Below, in pieces: positions 12,773 to 25,930 of a stretch of 64,000 bases of DNA. The notes below the pieces were generated by a model. The model was not told where the DNA came from. It made no database searches and saw nothing but the letters and a program-made list of their open reading frames with translations. This stretch comes from Hemiscyllium ocellatum (taxonomy: Eukaryota): contig NC_083426.1 in the NCBI RefSeq assembly GCF_020745735.1, positions 29,884,001 to 29,948,000 of the forward strand. Direction: 5' to 3'. Positions within the stretch are counted from its first letter, which is position 1. Every line of letters begins with the position of its first letter. The position numbers and the translations under genes were made by a program.

Positions 12773-13250
12773 AGAACCAGCTGCATCTTGTTGACTATGA
12801 CATCCTTGTTAACCTGGGCCAATCAGGAAAACCCTGGCCGATCAAAATATCCAAGAGAAAAAAAATATAAGCACTATCGCAGTTAGGTGGTGGGTTTTAA
12901 AAAAGATTAACAGGAGATTTAGAGTTGCCTCAGTTTGGGGCACTGACTCTGTGCTGGCTGGTGTTCCAGTCAGTGTGTTACTGCTGGAACTGAGGAGGAG
13001 AGAAAAAAACAGGAGATGCATCATTTGATTTGGATGGTAGTGTTAAATCCTGCAAGGACTCAAGTTAATGGAATGCAGGAAACTTTATTTTTGTCTCTTT
13101 TAGTTTCAACATCGCTTAGGAAAATAAAGTATTAGAATCTCCTCAGTTCAGCCACTGACTCCAAGGTGGCTGGCCGTAGCCAATGTACTGTGCACAATTA
13201 AATAAAGGGTGACTTGGTGAGAGGATGCTGGCCTCTGTGCTGTTATTTCA
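12773..13250 (+). mobile_element. Probable solo LTR inserted in an old CR1 fragment (about 12545-13410)
   Basis: TG...CA ends, CCAAT, AATAAA followed by GGGTGACTTGGTGA; related to the reverse complement of 29990-30228. Confidence 0.5.
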
Positions 13251-14227
13251 ATGAGATATACTTGCATTGAAAGCAGGTTAGAGAAAGTTCACTAGGTTGA
13301 TTCCTGTGATGGAGGCATTATCTTATCAAGGAGGGTTCAGCAAGTAAGGCCACAATTCTTATTGAAGAATGAGTGGTGAACTTTTGAACATATAAAATTC
13401 TGAGGGGTGAATGTGAAGTGGACAATTCAAGCTGACAATCTGTCATCAAAATGGCATGTTTTGTATCTTTCTCGTATTCAACAAAAAGAGTGTTTTTTTG
13501 ATTAAAAGAGGTTGTAAGTGCTCCTTTCATAGCAACATCAGTAGAACTTTAAAGAGACCATTGCTGAAGCAAACAAATTCCCTCTATTATTCAATCAATA
13601 GTAACAGGCTTTGAATTAAATGTGTAAATTAAAGTAGTATGTGCTCTATATTAAAGGACACAGTATTCAACTGTTGTCTCAAATATGATTAGTACAGGCA
13701 TTGGTAAGCATAATGAAGTTTCTTTCAATGATTCAACTGTTAAAACATATTGAGTTGTATTATCCCCAAGAACTGAGTGATGTAAGCATTTAAGCTTTTA
13801 ATGGTTTTGTACTAGTTTCTTAACTCACTTCTACTATCTTTAACTTTAAGCAAATCTTAACTGTACAAGTACACATTTATGTGCATTTGGTATATTATTC
13901 TATCAGTAATATTTCTTATCTGGGCAATTTGATTGTTCTTCAGTGTTAAAGCCAGAGTTTATATCTTTTCATTTGATTGATAACAAAGACTCATCTCTTA
14001 AAAAGAAAACTTGTGGAAAATGGGAAAGAGTATTTGGTGTGAAGAGGAAAAACATTAGCCTCTGAGATAAGATTTGAGGAAAAATAAGAAAGAAAATGGA
14101 AATTCCTCTGTAGGAGCAGGGGATGGCTATGCAATATTTGTAGTTGAGAATGAAATTTAATTAATGTAGAAAACAATTGCATAAGAACAACATTGATAAG
14201 GAACACTTAATTCACTGTCAGTTATCA

Positions 14228-14345
14228 GTGTGACACTGTCACCATCCAGTCAAAAGGTCGTGGGTTCAAGTTCCACTTCAGGAATGTCAGCATAACCTCT
14301 ATACTGATGTATAGTGCAATGCTGCAGGAGCGCTACATGGTCCGA
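14228..14345 (+). mobile_element. Deu-domain (SacSINE1-like) SINE head, diverged
   Basis: AGTCAAAAGGTCGTGGGTTCAAGTTCCACT B-box region; related to minus copies at 45540-45895 and 56770-57305. Confidence 0.5.
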
Positions 14346-14346
14346 G

Positions 14347-14665
14347 ATTTAGATTAGATTCCCTACAGTGTGGAAACAGGCCCTTCAGCCCAACAAGTCC
14401 ACTATGATCCTCCGAAGAGCAACCCACCCAGACCCATTCACCCCTAACTAATGCACCTAACACTATGGGCAATTTATCATGGCCAATTCACCTAACCTGC
14501 ACATCTTTGGACTGTGGGAGGAAACCAGAACACCCAGAGGAAACCCATGCAGACACGGGGAGAATGTGCAAACTCCACACAGACAGTTGCCTGAGGTGGG
14601 AATTGAACCTGGGTCCCTGGCGCTGTGAGGCAGCAGTGCTAACCACTGAGCCACCATGCCACCCC
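14347..14665 (-). mobile_element. HE1-type V-SINE
   Basis: tRNA head GGTGGCTCAGTGGTTAGCAC..GGTTCAATTCC, V-domain TGTGGAGTTTGCACATTCTCCCCGTG, CR1-like tail ending (AATCT)n. Confidence 0.9.
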
Positions 14666-14769
14666 TAAATGAGATGTTGGACTCAATTTTCCTATTTTCT
14701 GTGTTGTTGATTGAAATTCATGTTACACAGTCTACCATGCTCAAAGCAACTTTACTCATGTAATCTTCT

Positions 14770-16315
14770 ATTCTTCACTATATTAACCATGCAACTGAGC
14801 TCTTCAGCACATTCCTCATGGAATCACATGGGAGGAGGGATAGAAGTGCTTGCCAGTGTCGAGACTTTGTAGTGTTCCCACTACTTGTGTCATATTTAAA
14901 GGCCAGCTGCACACAACTACAGAAAGCTGCAAGCACAGAACTGCTCCTCATACTGCAGTACATAATCATCATCATTGAGGACACAGCCCAGAAAGGAAAG
15001 TGCATTTCTCATTCCACAGACAGGGACTTGGAGCTGCTGGTGAACAGAGGGTTGGAGTGGACATTCTCCTGCTGACATGCCATCAGTCCCAGTCACTCTA
15101 GAAGCAAATTGCAGCCTGATATGCTCTGGGTTAAATTCAAGAAGCTGAATGATATTCTGTGCTACAACAGTAAATACTACCAACGCATTTCTGCCACTTC
15201 ATACTCAAAGGGCCAGAACTCACTCTAGCTCTGTCACTGCACATTCAGCCCAGCAAAGCTTATTGGTTACAACTGTCACTATTGCAGGGATCTTTTCTAC
15301 TCAATTTTCACACTCACCTAAACCTTCCAACTACAAACTCTTCCTGCCTTCTGCTCTACCTGTTCACTCACTGGAGGCACCTCTCTTGCTCCAATATCAC
15401 CACTAACTGCTTTTCCATCCACTTTCATCATTCTCAATCCTTCCCTTTGTCCTGCTGTTGGACAGAAATGACCAAACCTTTGGACTGCTGTTTTCACAGC
15501 ACCCCTTCTAATCTACCTGTGATTCCCAGACTGGTTGCATGTAAACTGCCGGCTGAGCATGGCTCAGTTACTGGACTGCAGAGATACAGTTACACATTTC
15601 CCTGGACTTCATAGGGGCAAATGCCTGGACTGGAATCAGGCGAGTACTTTGAATGAATGTGGTTGTATGTCTTAATTACTGCAATCCTCCTTAGCTCTAC
15701 TAAAGTCTGCTCCTTTTTGCCTTTCAGAATTTGCAATTTGCCTGAAACACATGCAAGCGTTTGCCACATACACTGCTCGCATGTGCTACAGGTGTGCAGT
15801 TGATGCAACCTCTTTCACAGTTTACTGTTCCTCATCATGACAAGTTGCCTGCTTCTCCCTTCTCTCAGAGATGCTAGCAGCATCTGAAACAGCAAGCACA
15901 AAGAATGGAAACCACGAGCCAGAAGATGTATCCCATGTCGACGTATGTGAAGAGTGTGTCCCTTCATGCAATGCAAACTGGCAGAATCATGCTGATTGTA
16001 AGTGTCCCTTAGCTCCAAAGTAAGGTGGTGAAGTAGAATGTGAGTTTTGGACCGAGAGAAGGCATGATGATGTAGTGAGGCTGGTGGTTTGTTACTTGCT
16101 GATCTGTGAGGTTGAAGTATTGCAGAGGAAGGTGGCCTTGGAGCACACAAGGACACTATGAGCAAAACGCATCTAGATGATGGCAGGGAGAAGCAATTGG
16201 TAAGTGCAGGTACCTAAATACCCACCATGACATAGATGTTTGGAATTTGCATGGTCTAGCTTCATGAGGAAGGAGAGTAGAATTGCAAGTAGTGCATAAA
16301 TAAGGCAAGTTGCAA
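14770..16315. mobile_element. Highly decayed PIF/Harbinger transposon remnant
   Basis: Plus strand DRDLELLV resembles a Myb/SANT N-terminus (about 15015-15045); minus strand HDS, DMGY and CFRC scraps resemble HARBI1-type transposase motifs. Confidence 0.4.
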
Positions 16316-16319
16316 TAAT

Positions 16320-16630
16320 TATTAGATTAGATTCCCTACAGTATGGAAACAGACCCTTCAGCCCAACAAGTCCACACCAATCTTCTGAAGTGTAACCCAC
16401 CCAGACTTAGTCCGGTGCCCTATATTTACCCCTGACTAAGCCACCTAACACTATGGGCAATTTAGCATGGCCAATTCACCTGACCCAAACATCTTTGGAT
16501 TGTGAAAGGAAACCCATGTAGACACAGGGAGAATGTGCAAACTCCACACAGACAATCACCCGAGGCAGAAATCGAACCCAGGTCTCTGGTTCTGTGAGGA
16601 AGCAGTGCTAATTATTGAGCCACCACGCTG
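16320..16630 (-). mobile_element. HE1-type V-SINE
   Basis: Same head, V-domain and tail as 14347-14665. Confidence 0.9.
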
Positions 16631-17275
16631 TCGCAAATGTATTCAATTAAGGCAGTCACTGCTCAATAGTGAGATTCTGAAGTTGCCATTTATAATTTAA
16701 AGAATAATCATAAATATATCTTTCATCCTTGAAATTCTAATTGTTTTTCACTCTCATCATATTTTCCCATCCTTCTTGCCACTCTGTGGAGGGAAAGTCT
16801 CTGGCCATTGCATTTTAGCTGAGATAATAAAATGCCTGCCCTCTCAGGTGAGTAAAGATGAATCTATAGCTTTGTTTCAAATAATACCAAGCGAATTCTT
16901 CACTGTACTTTGACCAATAGTTAATTCTCTATCAGCACGCCAAAAAAAACTAGTCATTATTGTACTACCATTTGAAGGATGCGCATTTGAAGGGTTCAGT
17001 GACTAACTTATAAGTATTTCTGCAGCCATGGCGATTTTTAAAAAAGGATTAGAGAGAGAATTCCTGCCTGTTCAGGCCTGCTATTTTTGAATTGCCATGT
17101 TAAGCTACTTCACACAGTCTGCGAAGTTAATAACATTGCATGATACACTTTCTGTTGACCTGATGTTATTTTTCTGCATTTAAAATTGCAGTCACCAACT
17201 ATCAAATTGATTAAACCAAATAGTTATATGGTGTAGAGTGGTTCATCAGAATCTTCAGCTGAAATATCTGTCCAG

Positions 17276-17568
17276 TAGATTAGATTACTTACAGTGTGGA
17301 AACAGGCCCTTCGGCCCAACAAGTCCACACTGACGCGCAACCCATCCATACATTCACCCCTTCGCCTAACACTACGGGCAATTTAGCATGGCCAATTCAC
17401 CTGACCTGCACATCTTTGGACTGTGGGAGGAAACTGGAGCATCCAGAGGGAACCCATGCAGAGTGGGGAAAACGTGCAAACTCCACACAGCCAGTCAGTC
17501 GCCTGAGGCAGGAATTGAACCCGGGTCTCTGGTGCTGTGAGGCAGCAGTGCTAACCACTGTGCCACCC
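17276..17568 (-). mobile_element. HE1-type V-SINE (TAGATTACTTACAG-tail subfamily)
   Basis: Same structure; tail variant shared with 33741-34033 and 54262-54537. Confidence 0.9.
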
Positions 17569-18376
17569 ACTAGTAGTCATCTGTATCTGCTTGTTGGGCT
17601 TCCCTTTGGCAAAACACTGATATACAAGAAGCTGAACAAGAAAAAGATGCAATTAAAAATCATGTACTGAGGGCAAAATTTGCTGGATCACAAAAAGATA
17701 AGAGCTGTAGCAGGGATATGGCAAACCGATTTATCAACTATTTCTTGAAATTCTTGCCCAATTTGTTGTCAGAGTATATTAATTATTTTCCAAGAATGTG
17801 CAATGGTGTTAGGGCACTGAAAAGGAAGCAATGTTCAAACAACTAGTAATGACAACATCAAATCTGCAAAACTATGATGTAAATGAAGGATATGTTTATT
17901 AAGCCACCATTGAGACATGACTTGAAGAAAGGACAATGCATGAAGGACAATTGGTTGTATTTACATTTAGAATGTTAACACAAATTGAATGACAATATGC
18001 TCAAGAAAGAGCACCTGGTCATGGTCTTTGTTTGTGAACATTCTCATCAATAATTACTTGAAAGAGTCAAAATAATGTTAGTGTATGACTACAAGTTACT
18101 TAAAGCCATTTTTGTCAAGTGACTGCTCCAAAGCATCTGCAAGGAAAGTTACTTTGATTATTGAGGCACAATCTGGACTTGACATATAAGCAAAGAAAGC
18201 AGACGTACAACACTGACATGCTATCTAGAGCAACACTCCCTGGAAGAAAGTGGAGATTGTAACAACAGAGTCTGAAATCTTCCAAAATCAATGAGAAGTA
18301 GCAGGTGGGTATGTTCCGAAACTCATCAACCCAGCAGAAACATTGATTCTGTCTTGTTGGACATGATGTAGAGGTG

Positions 18377-18568
18377 AAAATGTGTTGCTGGAAAAGCGCA
18401 GCAGATCAGGCAGCATCCAAAGAACAGGAAATTTGATGTTTCGGGCATAAGCTTATGCCCGAAACGTCGAATTTCCTGTTCCTTGGATGCTGCCTGACCT
18501 GCTGCGCTTTTCCAGCAACACATTTTCAGCTCTGATACTCCAGCATCTGCAGACCTCACTTTCTCCTC
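18377..18568 (+). mobile_element. Short PLE family A foldback insertion with 15-bp TSD
   Basis: Near-perfect palindrome centred on AAGCTT (18449-18454); CATGATGTAGAGGTG at 18362-18376 and 18569-18583. Confidence 0.9.
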
Positions 18569-18962
18569 CATGATGTAGAGGTGCCAGTGTTGGACTGGGT
18601 TGTTAAAAAGTGTCTCTAGCACCATCTTATTTTTGATTTTTTTTGTAATTATCTTTCTGCCTTAATTAATTGAATCATAGGCATCCCTTCACTTGCTGTT
18701 CAGCTGTTGACACTTTACTCACACCGTTTGACACTCCTGATCACCTGCAAAGATTTGTTATTCAATGTTGACACCCTACTCACAGCGGTTGTACTATCTT
18801 GACCCTCTTCTTCACCGAGAGTTATCTTGCAATTACCTGACCACCCATAAATGCTGTCCGCTTCCCTCTACTTCACCTGATGAAGGAGCAGGGCTCTGAC
18901 AACTTGTGATTTCAAATAAACCAGTTGGACTATAACCTAGTGTCATGTGACTTCTGACTTTG
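18569..18962. mobile_element. PLE family B-related element with decayed hammerhead
   Basis: Left end matches 1461-1495; CACCTGATGAAGGAGCAGGGCTCTGACA..AATAAACCAGTTGGACTATAACC at about 18874-18940. Confidence 0.75.
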
Positions 18963-19472
18963 GTGGACATAGTCACTATCTGGCACGCTTTGGGCACAAC
19001 TGTTCCTTATCACTTGTCAGCCCAAGTAATAAATGCCCATTGACATGCCCAGCCAATGGATAAATTCAGTAATTACCTATGTAAAAGATAATGCATGCAA
19101 TTCTTTTCTTTAACTTTTCTGTCTGTAAACAGAAATATTTGGGATCAAAATGCATTACTGTAAAAATACTTTAAAGCAGGAATCATCTTCCAAAGAGAGT
19201 TGAGAGACTGCTGAGTGCTCTGTTTCACAGGGACATGGCTCATCCCTGCCACACCTGACTGTGCCTTACAGTCATGAGAGCTTCTTAATTCACAGAATAG
19301 ACTGTGCAGCATCTTCAGGCAAGGCAAGGGGCAGTGGAGTCTCCCTCCTGATCAACCTGCTCAGATGTGGTGACCCTGGCAAATCACTGCTCCCAAATCT
19401 AAGATATTTAACAGTGGAATGCCGTCCATACAACCTGCTGCACGAGTTCACCTCCACTATCCTGACAGTGGT

Positions 19473-19563
19473 CCTGATGAAGGGCTCTGGCCCGAAACGT
19501 TGAATTTCCTGTTCTTTGGATGCTGCCTGACCTGCTGTGCTTTAACCAGCAACACATTTTCAG
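19473..19563 (+). mobile_element. Single-arm PLE family A insertion starting at the hammerhead core
   Basis: CTGATGAAGGGCTCTGGCCCGAAACGTTGAAT; CAGTGGT duplicated at 19466-19472 and 19564-19570; interrupts the Rex1-like frame. Confidence 0.8.
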
Positions 19564-21427
19564 CAGTGGTTTACATCCCACATCATGTGAAAGTGAAGAG
19601 TGTATTTGATGAAGTACAAAATGCTACAAATAGTCTTGAAACAGAGTACCCTGAAGCCTTGTTCATCATAGCTCATGACTTCAACTATGTGAATGTCAAG
19701 CATGTGCTCCCAAAATTCCACCAACATATCTCCAGTCTCACCGGAGGTCGGAGCATCCTTGACCATTGCTACCAACCATAAATGTTGCCTATCACGCCAT
19801 CCCTCAGCTGCATATTGGAAAATCAGACCATAATGCTGTGCTCCTCCTCCGAGTTTACAAGCACAAATTGAAGCATGAGGACCCAATGCAGAAAGTAGTG
19901 CAATCTTGGTCTGTGGAAACTGAAGAGCATAGGACTGCTTAGAGTTGGTGGACTAGTCCATATTCAAGAACTCAGTGGCTAACCTAAATGAGTATGCCAC
20001 TACCATTACAGTCTTCATTAGTAAGTGTGTAGAAGACTGCATGTTGAAGAAGTTAATCCAAACGTTCTCTAACTGAAAACATGGATAAACTGGAGATCCA
20101 TTCCCAACTGAAGTCCAGGTCTGAGGTGTTTAAGTTAAGTGACCTTGACCTATACAGGAAATACAGCTATGACCTTGGCAAGGCCATTAGGGATGTCAAG
20201 AGGCAATACCAAACTAAGCTTGAGACCCAAACTAACTACATGAACACTACTCACTTGTAGCAAGGCTGAAGTATCATAACGCACTACAAAGCAAAGTTGA
20301 ACAGTATCACAGGCAACAGTACATTCCTACCCAATGAGCCCAATTCATTCTGTGCTCGCTTTGAACAGAAGGTCAGTGAAAACAAGTTACCTATCCCATC
20401 AGTCTCGGATACACCTGTACGCTCAGTCAACACTACAGATGTTAGATTGGTCTTCTTAAGGGTGAACCCACAGAAGGCAACTGGTCTGGATGGAGTCCAC
20501 TGCGGTGTACTCAGATCCTATGCGGTGCAGCCGGTGGGAGTATTTGCAGATATCTTCAACCTCTCCTGTAACTGTGATGTGAGGTTATCATCTGCTTCAA
20601 GAAGACTGCAATCATTCCGTGCCAAAGAAAATCATGCAGAGAGCCTCAATGATCACTGTCCAGTGGCTCTGACATCTGTAATTATGAAGTGCTTCAAAAG
20701 GTAAGTCATGGCTCACATCGACTCCAGCCTCCCAGGTTGCCTTGATCCCTTGCAATTTGCCTACTGGCGCAACAGGTTCACAGTAAACACCATCTCCCTG
20801 GCCCTACATTCATCCCTGGTACATCTAGATAACATAGAAATCTACGCCACTCTGCCTTCAACACCATAATTCCAAAAAGATTCATCTCCAAATTCTGGGA
20901 TCTAAGTCCCTCCTCCCTGCTCTTTGACTGGATTTTCAATGTCCTGACCAACAGACCACAATCAATAAGGACAGGGGACAACACCTCCTTCATGATAAAC
21001 CTCAACACTGGTGCCCTGCAAGACTGCATACTCAGCACCATACTGTACACCTTATAACTGGCCAAATTCCATACCAACTCCATTTGCAAGTTTGTTGACA
21101 ACACCACCATTGTAGTTCAGATCTCAAACAATGACAAGGCAGGAAGGAAATAGAGTGCTTAATGGCATGGTGTAAAGACTCCAATTTCTCCACCAGCGTC
21201 AGCAAAATGAAGGAGCTGTCAGTAACTTCAGGAAGTGGAGTGGAGGACATGTCACTGTCTGCATCGTTTGTGATGATATAGAGATGATTGAGAGCATCAA
21301 GTTCCTGGGAGCTAAAATCACCAACAATCTGTCCTGGTCCACCCACGTTGACACAACAGTTAAGAAAGCACACCAAATACCTCTATTTCCTTAGGAGTCT
21401 AAGGAAATTCAGCTTAGGTCCATTAAG

Positions 21428-21700
21428 TCAGGTGTTACTAGGGGACATAGCTTTAAATTAAGGGGTGGTAGGTATAGGACAGATGTTAGGGGTAGATTCT
21501 TCACACAGCGGGTTGTGAGTTCATGGAATGCCCTGCCCGTATCAGTGGTGAACTCTCCTTCTTTATGGTCATTTAAGCGGGCATTGGATAGGCATTTGGA
21601 AGTTATTGGGCTAGTATAGGTTAGGTAGGATTCGGTCGGCGCAACATCGAGGGCCGAAGGGCCTGTACTGTGCTGTATCCTTCTATGTTCTATGTTCTAT
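21428..21700 (+). mobile_element. CR1 LINE 3' fragment, distinct subfamily with (TTCTATG)n tail
   Basis: TRGHSFKLRG..FFTQRVVSSWNALP; tail TTCTATGTTCTATGTTCTAT. Confidence 0.85.
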
Positions 21701-21969
21701 AAGACTCTTATAAAGTTTGGTAGATGTACCATAGAAAGCATCCTATCTGGATGCATCACAGTGTGGTATAATAACGGCTCTTCCCAAAACTGAAAGAAAT
21801 ACAGAGTTGTGAACACAACCGAGTCCATCACACAAACCAACCTCATATCCATTGACTTTATCGGTACTTCCTACTGCATTGGGAAAGCAATATAATAAAA
21901 GACCCCCCTCCTACCCAGTTATACTCTCTTCCATCAAACAGAAGATATAAAAGTTTGTATGCATGTACG

Positions 21970-24900
21970 AGATGAATGCATGGCTGAGGAACTGGTGTAT
22001 GGGAGAAAGATTCACATTATAGGGTCATTGGAATCTCTTTTGCCGTAGAAGTGACCTGTACAAGAAGGACGGATTGCACCTAAATTGGAAGGGGACTAAT
22101 ATACTGGCAGGGAAATTTGCTCGATCTGCTCAGGAGGATTTAATCTAGTAAGGTTGTTGGGGAGGTGGGGGTGGGCGGGGGTGTGTGGTGGAACCCAGGG
22201 AGATAGTGGGGAAAGAGATCAATCTGAGACTGGTACAGTTGAGAACAGAAGCAAGTCAAACAGTCAGGGCAGGCAGGGACAAGGTAGGACGAATAAATTA
22301 AACTGCATTTATTTCAACGCAAAGGGCCTAACAGGGAAGGCAGATGAACTCAGGGCATGGTTAGGAACATGGGACTGGGATATCATAGCAATTACAGAAA
22401 CATGGCTCAGGGATAGGCAGGACTGGCAGCTTAATGTTCCAGGATACAAATGCTACAGTAAGGATAGAAAGGGAGGCAAGAGAGGAGTGGGAGTGGCATT
22501 TTCGATAAGGGATAGCATTACAGCTGTGCTGGGGGAGGATATTCCCAGAAATACATCCAGGGAAGTTATTTGGGTGGAACTGAGAAATAAGAAAGGGACG
22601 ATCACCTTATTGGAATTGTATTATAGACCCCCTAATAGTCAGAAGGAAATTGAGAAACAAACTTGTAAGGAGATCTCAGCTATCTATAAGAATAATAGGG
22701 TGGTTATGGAGGGGGATTTTAACTTTCCAAACATAGACTGGGACTTCCATAGTGTCAAAGGTTTAGATGGAGAGGAATTTGTTAAGTGCATACAAGACAA
22801 TTTTCTGATTCAGTAGTGGAGGTACCCACTAGAGAAGGTGCAAAACTTGACCTATTCTTGGGAAATAAGGCAGGGCAGGTGACTGAGGTGTCAGTGGGGG
22901 AGCACTTTGGGGCCAGCGACAATAATTCTATTCGTTTTAAAATAGTGATGGAAAAGGATAGACCAGATCTAAAAGTTGAAGTTCTAAATTGGTGAAAGGC
23001 CAATTTTGACGTTATTAGGCAAGAACTTTCAAAAGCTGATTGGGGGCAGATGTTTGCAGGTAAAGGGACGGTTGGAAAATGGAAAGCCTTCAGAAATGAG
23101 ATAATGAGAATCCAGAGAAAGTATATTTCTGTCAGGGTGAAAGGAAAGGCTGGTAGGTATAGGGAATGCTGGATAACCAAAGAAATTGAGGGTTTGGTTA
23201 AGAAAAAGAAGGAAGCATATGTAAGGTATAGACAGGTTAGATCGAGTGAATCCTTAGAAGAGTATAGAGGAAGTAGGAGTATACTTAAGAGGGAAATCAG
23301 GATGGCAAAAAGGGGATGTGAGATAGTTTTGGCAAATAGAATTAAGGAAAATACAAAGGGTTTTTACAAATATATTAAGGACAAAAAGGTAACTGGGGAG
23401 AGAATACAGCCCCTCAAAGATCAGCAAGGCGGCCTTTGTGTGGAGCCGCAGAAAATGGGGGAGATACTAAACGCGTATTTTGCATCAGTATTTACTGTGG
23501 AAAAGGATATGGTAGATATAGACTGTAGGGAAATAGATGGTGACATCTTGCAAAATGTCCATATTACAGAGGAAGAAGTGCTGGATGTCTTGAAATGGGT
23601 AAAGGTGGATAAATCCCCAGGACCTGATCAGGTGTACTTAAGAACTCTGAGGGAAGCTAGAGAAGTGATTGCTGGGCCTCTTGCTGAGATATTTGTATCA
23701 TCGATAGTCACAAGTGAGGTGCCGGAAGACTGGAGGTTGGCAAACGTGGTGCTACTGTTTAAGAAGGGTGGTAAGGACAAGCCAGGGAACTATAGAGCAG
23801 TGAGCCTGACGTGGGTGGTGGGCAAGTTGTTGGAGAGAATCCTGCGGGACAGGATGTACATGTATTTGGAAAGGCAAGGACTGATTAGGGATAGTCAACA
23901 TGGCTTTGTGCATGGGAAATCATGTCTTACAAAGGTGATTGAGTTTTTTGAAGAATTAACAAAGAGGATTGATGAGGGCAGAGCAGTAGATGTGATCTAT
24001 GTGGACTTCAGTAAGGCATTCGACAAGGTTCCCCATGGGAGACTGATTAGCAAGATTAGATCTCACAGAATACAGGGAGAACTAACCATTTGGATACAGA
24101 ACTGGCTCAAAGGTAGAAGACAGAGAGTGGTGGTGGGGGTTGTTTTTCAGACTGGAGGCCTGTGACCAGTGGAGTGCCGCAAGGATCGGTGCTGGGTCCT
24201 CTACTTTTTGTCATTTACATAAATGATTTGGATGCGAGCATAAGAGGTACAGTTAGTAAGTTTGCAGATGACACCAAAATTGGAGGTATAATGGACAGCT
24301 AAGAAGGTTACCTCAGATTACAACAGGATCTTGACCAGATGGGCCAATAGTCTGAAAAGTGGCAGATGGAGTTTAATTCAGATAAATGCGAGGCTCTGCA
24401 TTTTGGGAAAGCAAATCATAGCAGGACTCATACACTTAACAGTAAGGTCCCAGGGAGTGTTGCGGAAAAAAAGAGACCTTGGAGTGCAGGTTCATAGCTC
24501 CTTGAAAGTGGAGTCGCAGGTAGATCGGATAGTGAAGAAGGCGTTTGGTATGCTTTGAGCATTGAGTACAGGAGTTGGGAGGTCATGTTGCGGCTGTACA
24601 GGACATTGGTTAGTCCACTGTTGGAATATTGCATGCAATTCTAGTCTCGTTCCTATCAGAAAGCTGTGAAACTTGAAAGGGTTCAGAAAAGATTTACAAG
24701 GATGTTGCCAGGATTGGAGGATTTGAGCTATAGGGAGAGGCTGAACAGGTTGGGGCTGTTTTTCCTGGAATGTCAGAGGCTGAGGGGTGACGTTATAGAG
24801 GTTTACAATATTACAAGGGGCATGGATAGAGTAAATAGGCAAAGTCTTTTCCCTGGGATCGGGGAGTCCAGAACTAGAGGGCACAGGTTTAGGGTGAGAG

Positions 24901-25171
24901 GGGAAAGATATAAAAGAAACCTAAGGGGCAACGTTTTCACACAGAGGGTGGTACGGGTATGGAATAAGCTGCCAGAGGAAGTGGTGGCACCTGTACAATT
25001 GCAACATTTAAGAGGCATTTGGATGGGTATATGGATAGGAAGGGTTTGGAGGGATAGGGGCCAGGTGCTGGCAGGTGGGACTAGATTGGGTTGGGATATC
25101 TGGTCGGCATGGATGGGTTGGACCAAAGGGTCTGTTTCCATGCTGTACATTTCTATGACTCTAGGACTCTA
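21970..25171 (+). mobile_element. Near-complete CR1 (HER1-like) LINE: ORF1 SGNH-esterase C-terminus plus disrupted ORF2 (APE-RT)
   Basis: ORF1 ..LYKKDGLHLN..; ORF2 [53 protein letters not shown]; stops at about 22814, 22993, 24348 and frameshift near 24135; tail CTATGACTCTA. Confidence 0.95.
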
Positions 25172-25385
25172 ACAGATTAAAGAACAGCTTCGTCCCTGCT
25201 TTTGAATGGACCTTTTTTAATGTTACTATTGATTGCTTTCTGTACCTTCTTGGCAGCTGCAACATTATATCATGCACTCTGTTCTGTTACCACAATGCAC
25301 TTGTCAAGGACATTTTGCCCATAAAGCACATAAGACAACATTTTTTGCTCTATCTCGGGCACTGACAGTAATAAATTAAATCAAA
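25172..25385 (+). mobile_element. 3' end of the Rex1-like LINE split by the CR1 insertion
   Basis: NRLKNSF.P continues the reading from 21960; ends AATAAATTAAATCAAA. Confidence 0.6.
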
Positions 25386-25479
25386 ACTAATTCTGGCTCA
25401 CTGTAGTCATGTGATCTCAACTCAACGGGGCAGAATCTTGTAGCCAGTTTTAATGAAGAGATAGGTCAGGTGACATGGT

Positions 25480-25576
25480 CTGAAGGAGGGTCATTGGAGT
25501 CAAATGTTAACTTTGTTTTCCGTCGACTGATACTGCCATGCCTGCTGAGGTTTTACAGCAATTTCTGTTCTTGTTA
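25480..25576 (+). mobile_element. Single-arm PLE family C insertion with 13-bp TSD (1 mismatch)
   Basis: Starts CTGAAGGAGGGTCATTGGAGTCAAATGTT (decayed hammerhead); CAGG(T/A)GACATGGT at 25467-25479 and 25577-25589. Confidence 0.65.
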
Positions 25577-25843
25577 CAGGAGACATGGTACTGGATTTAA
25601 TACATAACAGTATCAGTACATGTTACAAGAACTCAAGCTGGACACAATAGAAGACAGTATCCATACTCTATATCAGTTGATTTTTAACTAGGAAATGTGT
25701 GCAACTGATTTGCTTTTTATTGGTTCTAAAGTTCTCTTTGGCCACCCCACTACCCTATGTCCAAGCCCTCAACCAGTCACTGACTACCGTTGATTGATGA
25801 TTCATCAGCAAGCAAGCTCGCGTGCGTGTGCACACACGTACCC

Positions 25844-25847
<4 letters not shown>

Positions 25848-25926
<79 letters not shown>
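25848..25926. repeat. (CA)n microsatellite
   Basis: Long perfect CA run; resumes at about 26090-26107 after a PLE family A fragment. Confidence 0.95.

Positions 25927-25927
<1 letters not shown>

Positions 25928-25930
<3 letters not shown>

Larger units (their letters stand above)
19200..21968 (+). mobile_element. Decayed Rex1/Babar-like LINE (APE endonuclease + RT); continues at 25172-25385
   Basis: GKARGSGVSL, DFN, ILDHCY, SDH, KATGLDGV..VFADIFNLS, LNDHCPVALTSVIMKCF, LDPLQFAY, KFVDNTT motifs with many stops and frameshifts. Confidence 0.8.

Noticed and set aside
14600-14665. tRNA genes at SINE heads (also 33741, 36223, 55080)
   Set aside because: A/B boxes run straight into V-domain and LINE tail; no complete cloverleaf
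23050-24165. 371-aa ORF as an active or domesticated RT gene
   Set aside because: It is an internal piece of CR1 ORF2 bounded by stops and a frameshift before the catalytic FADD motif
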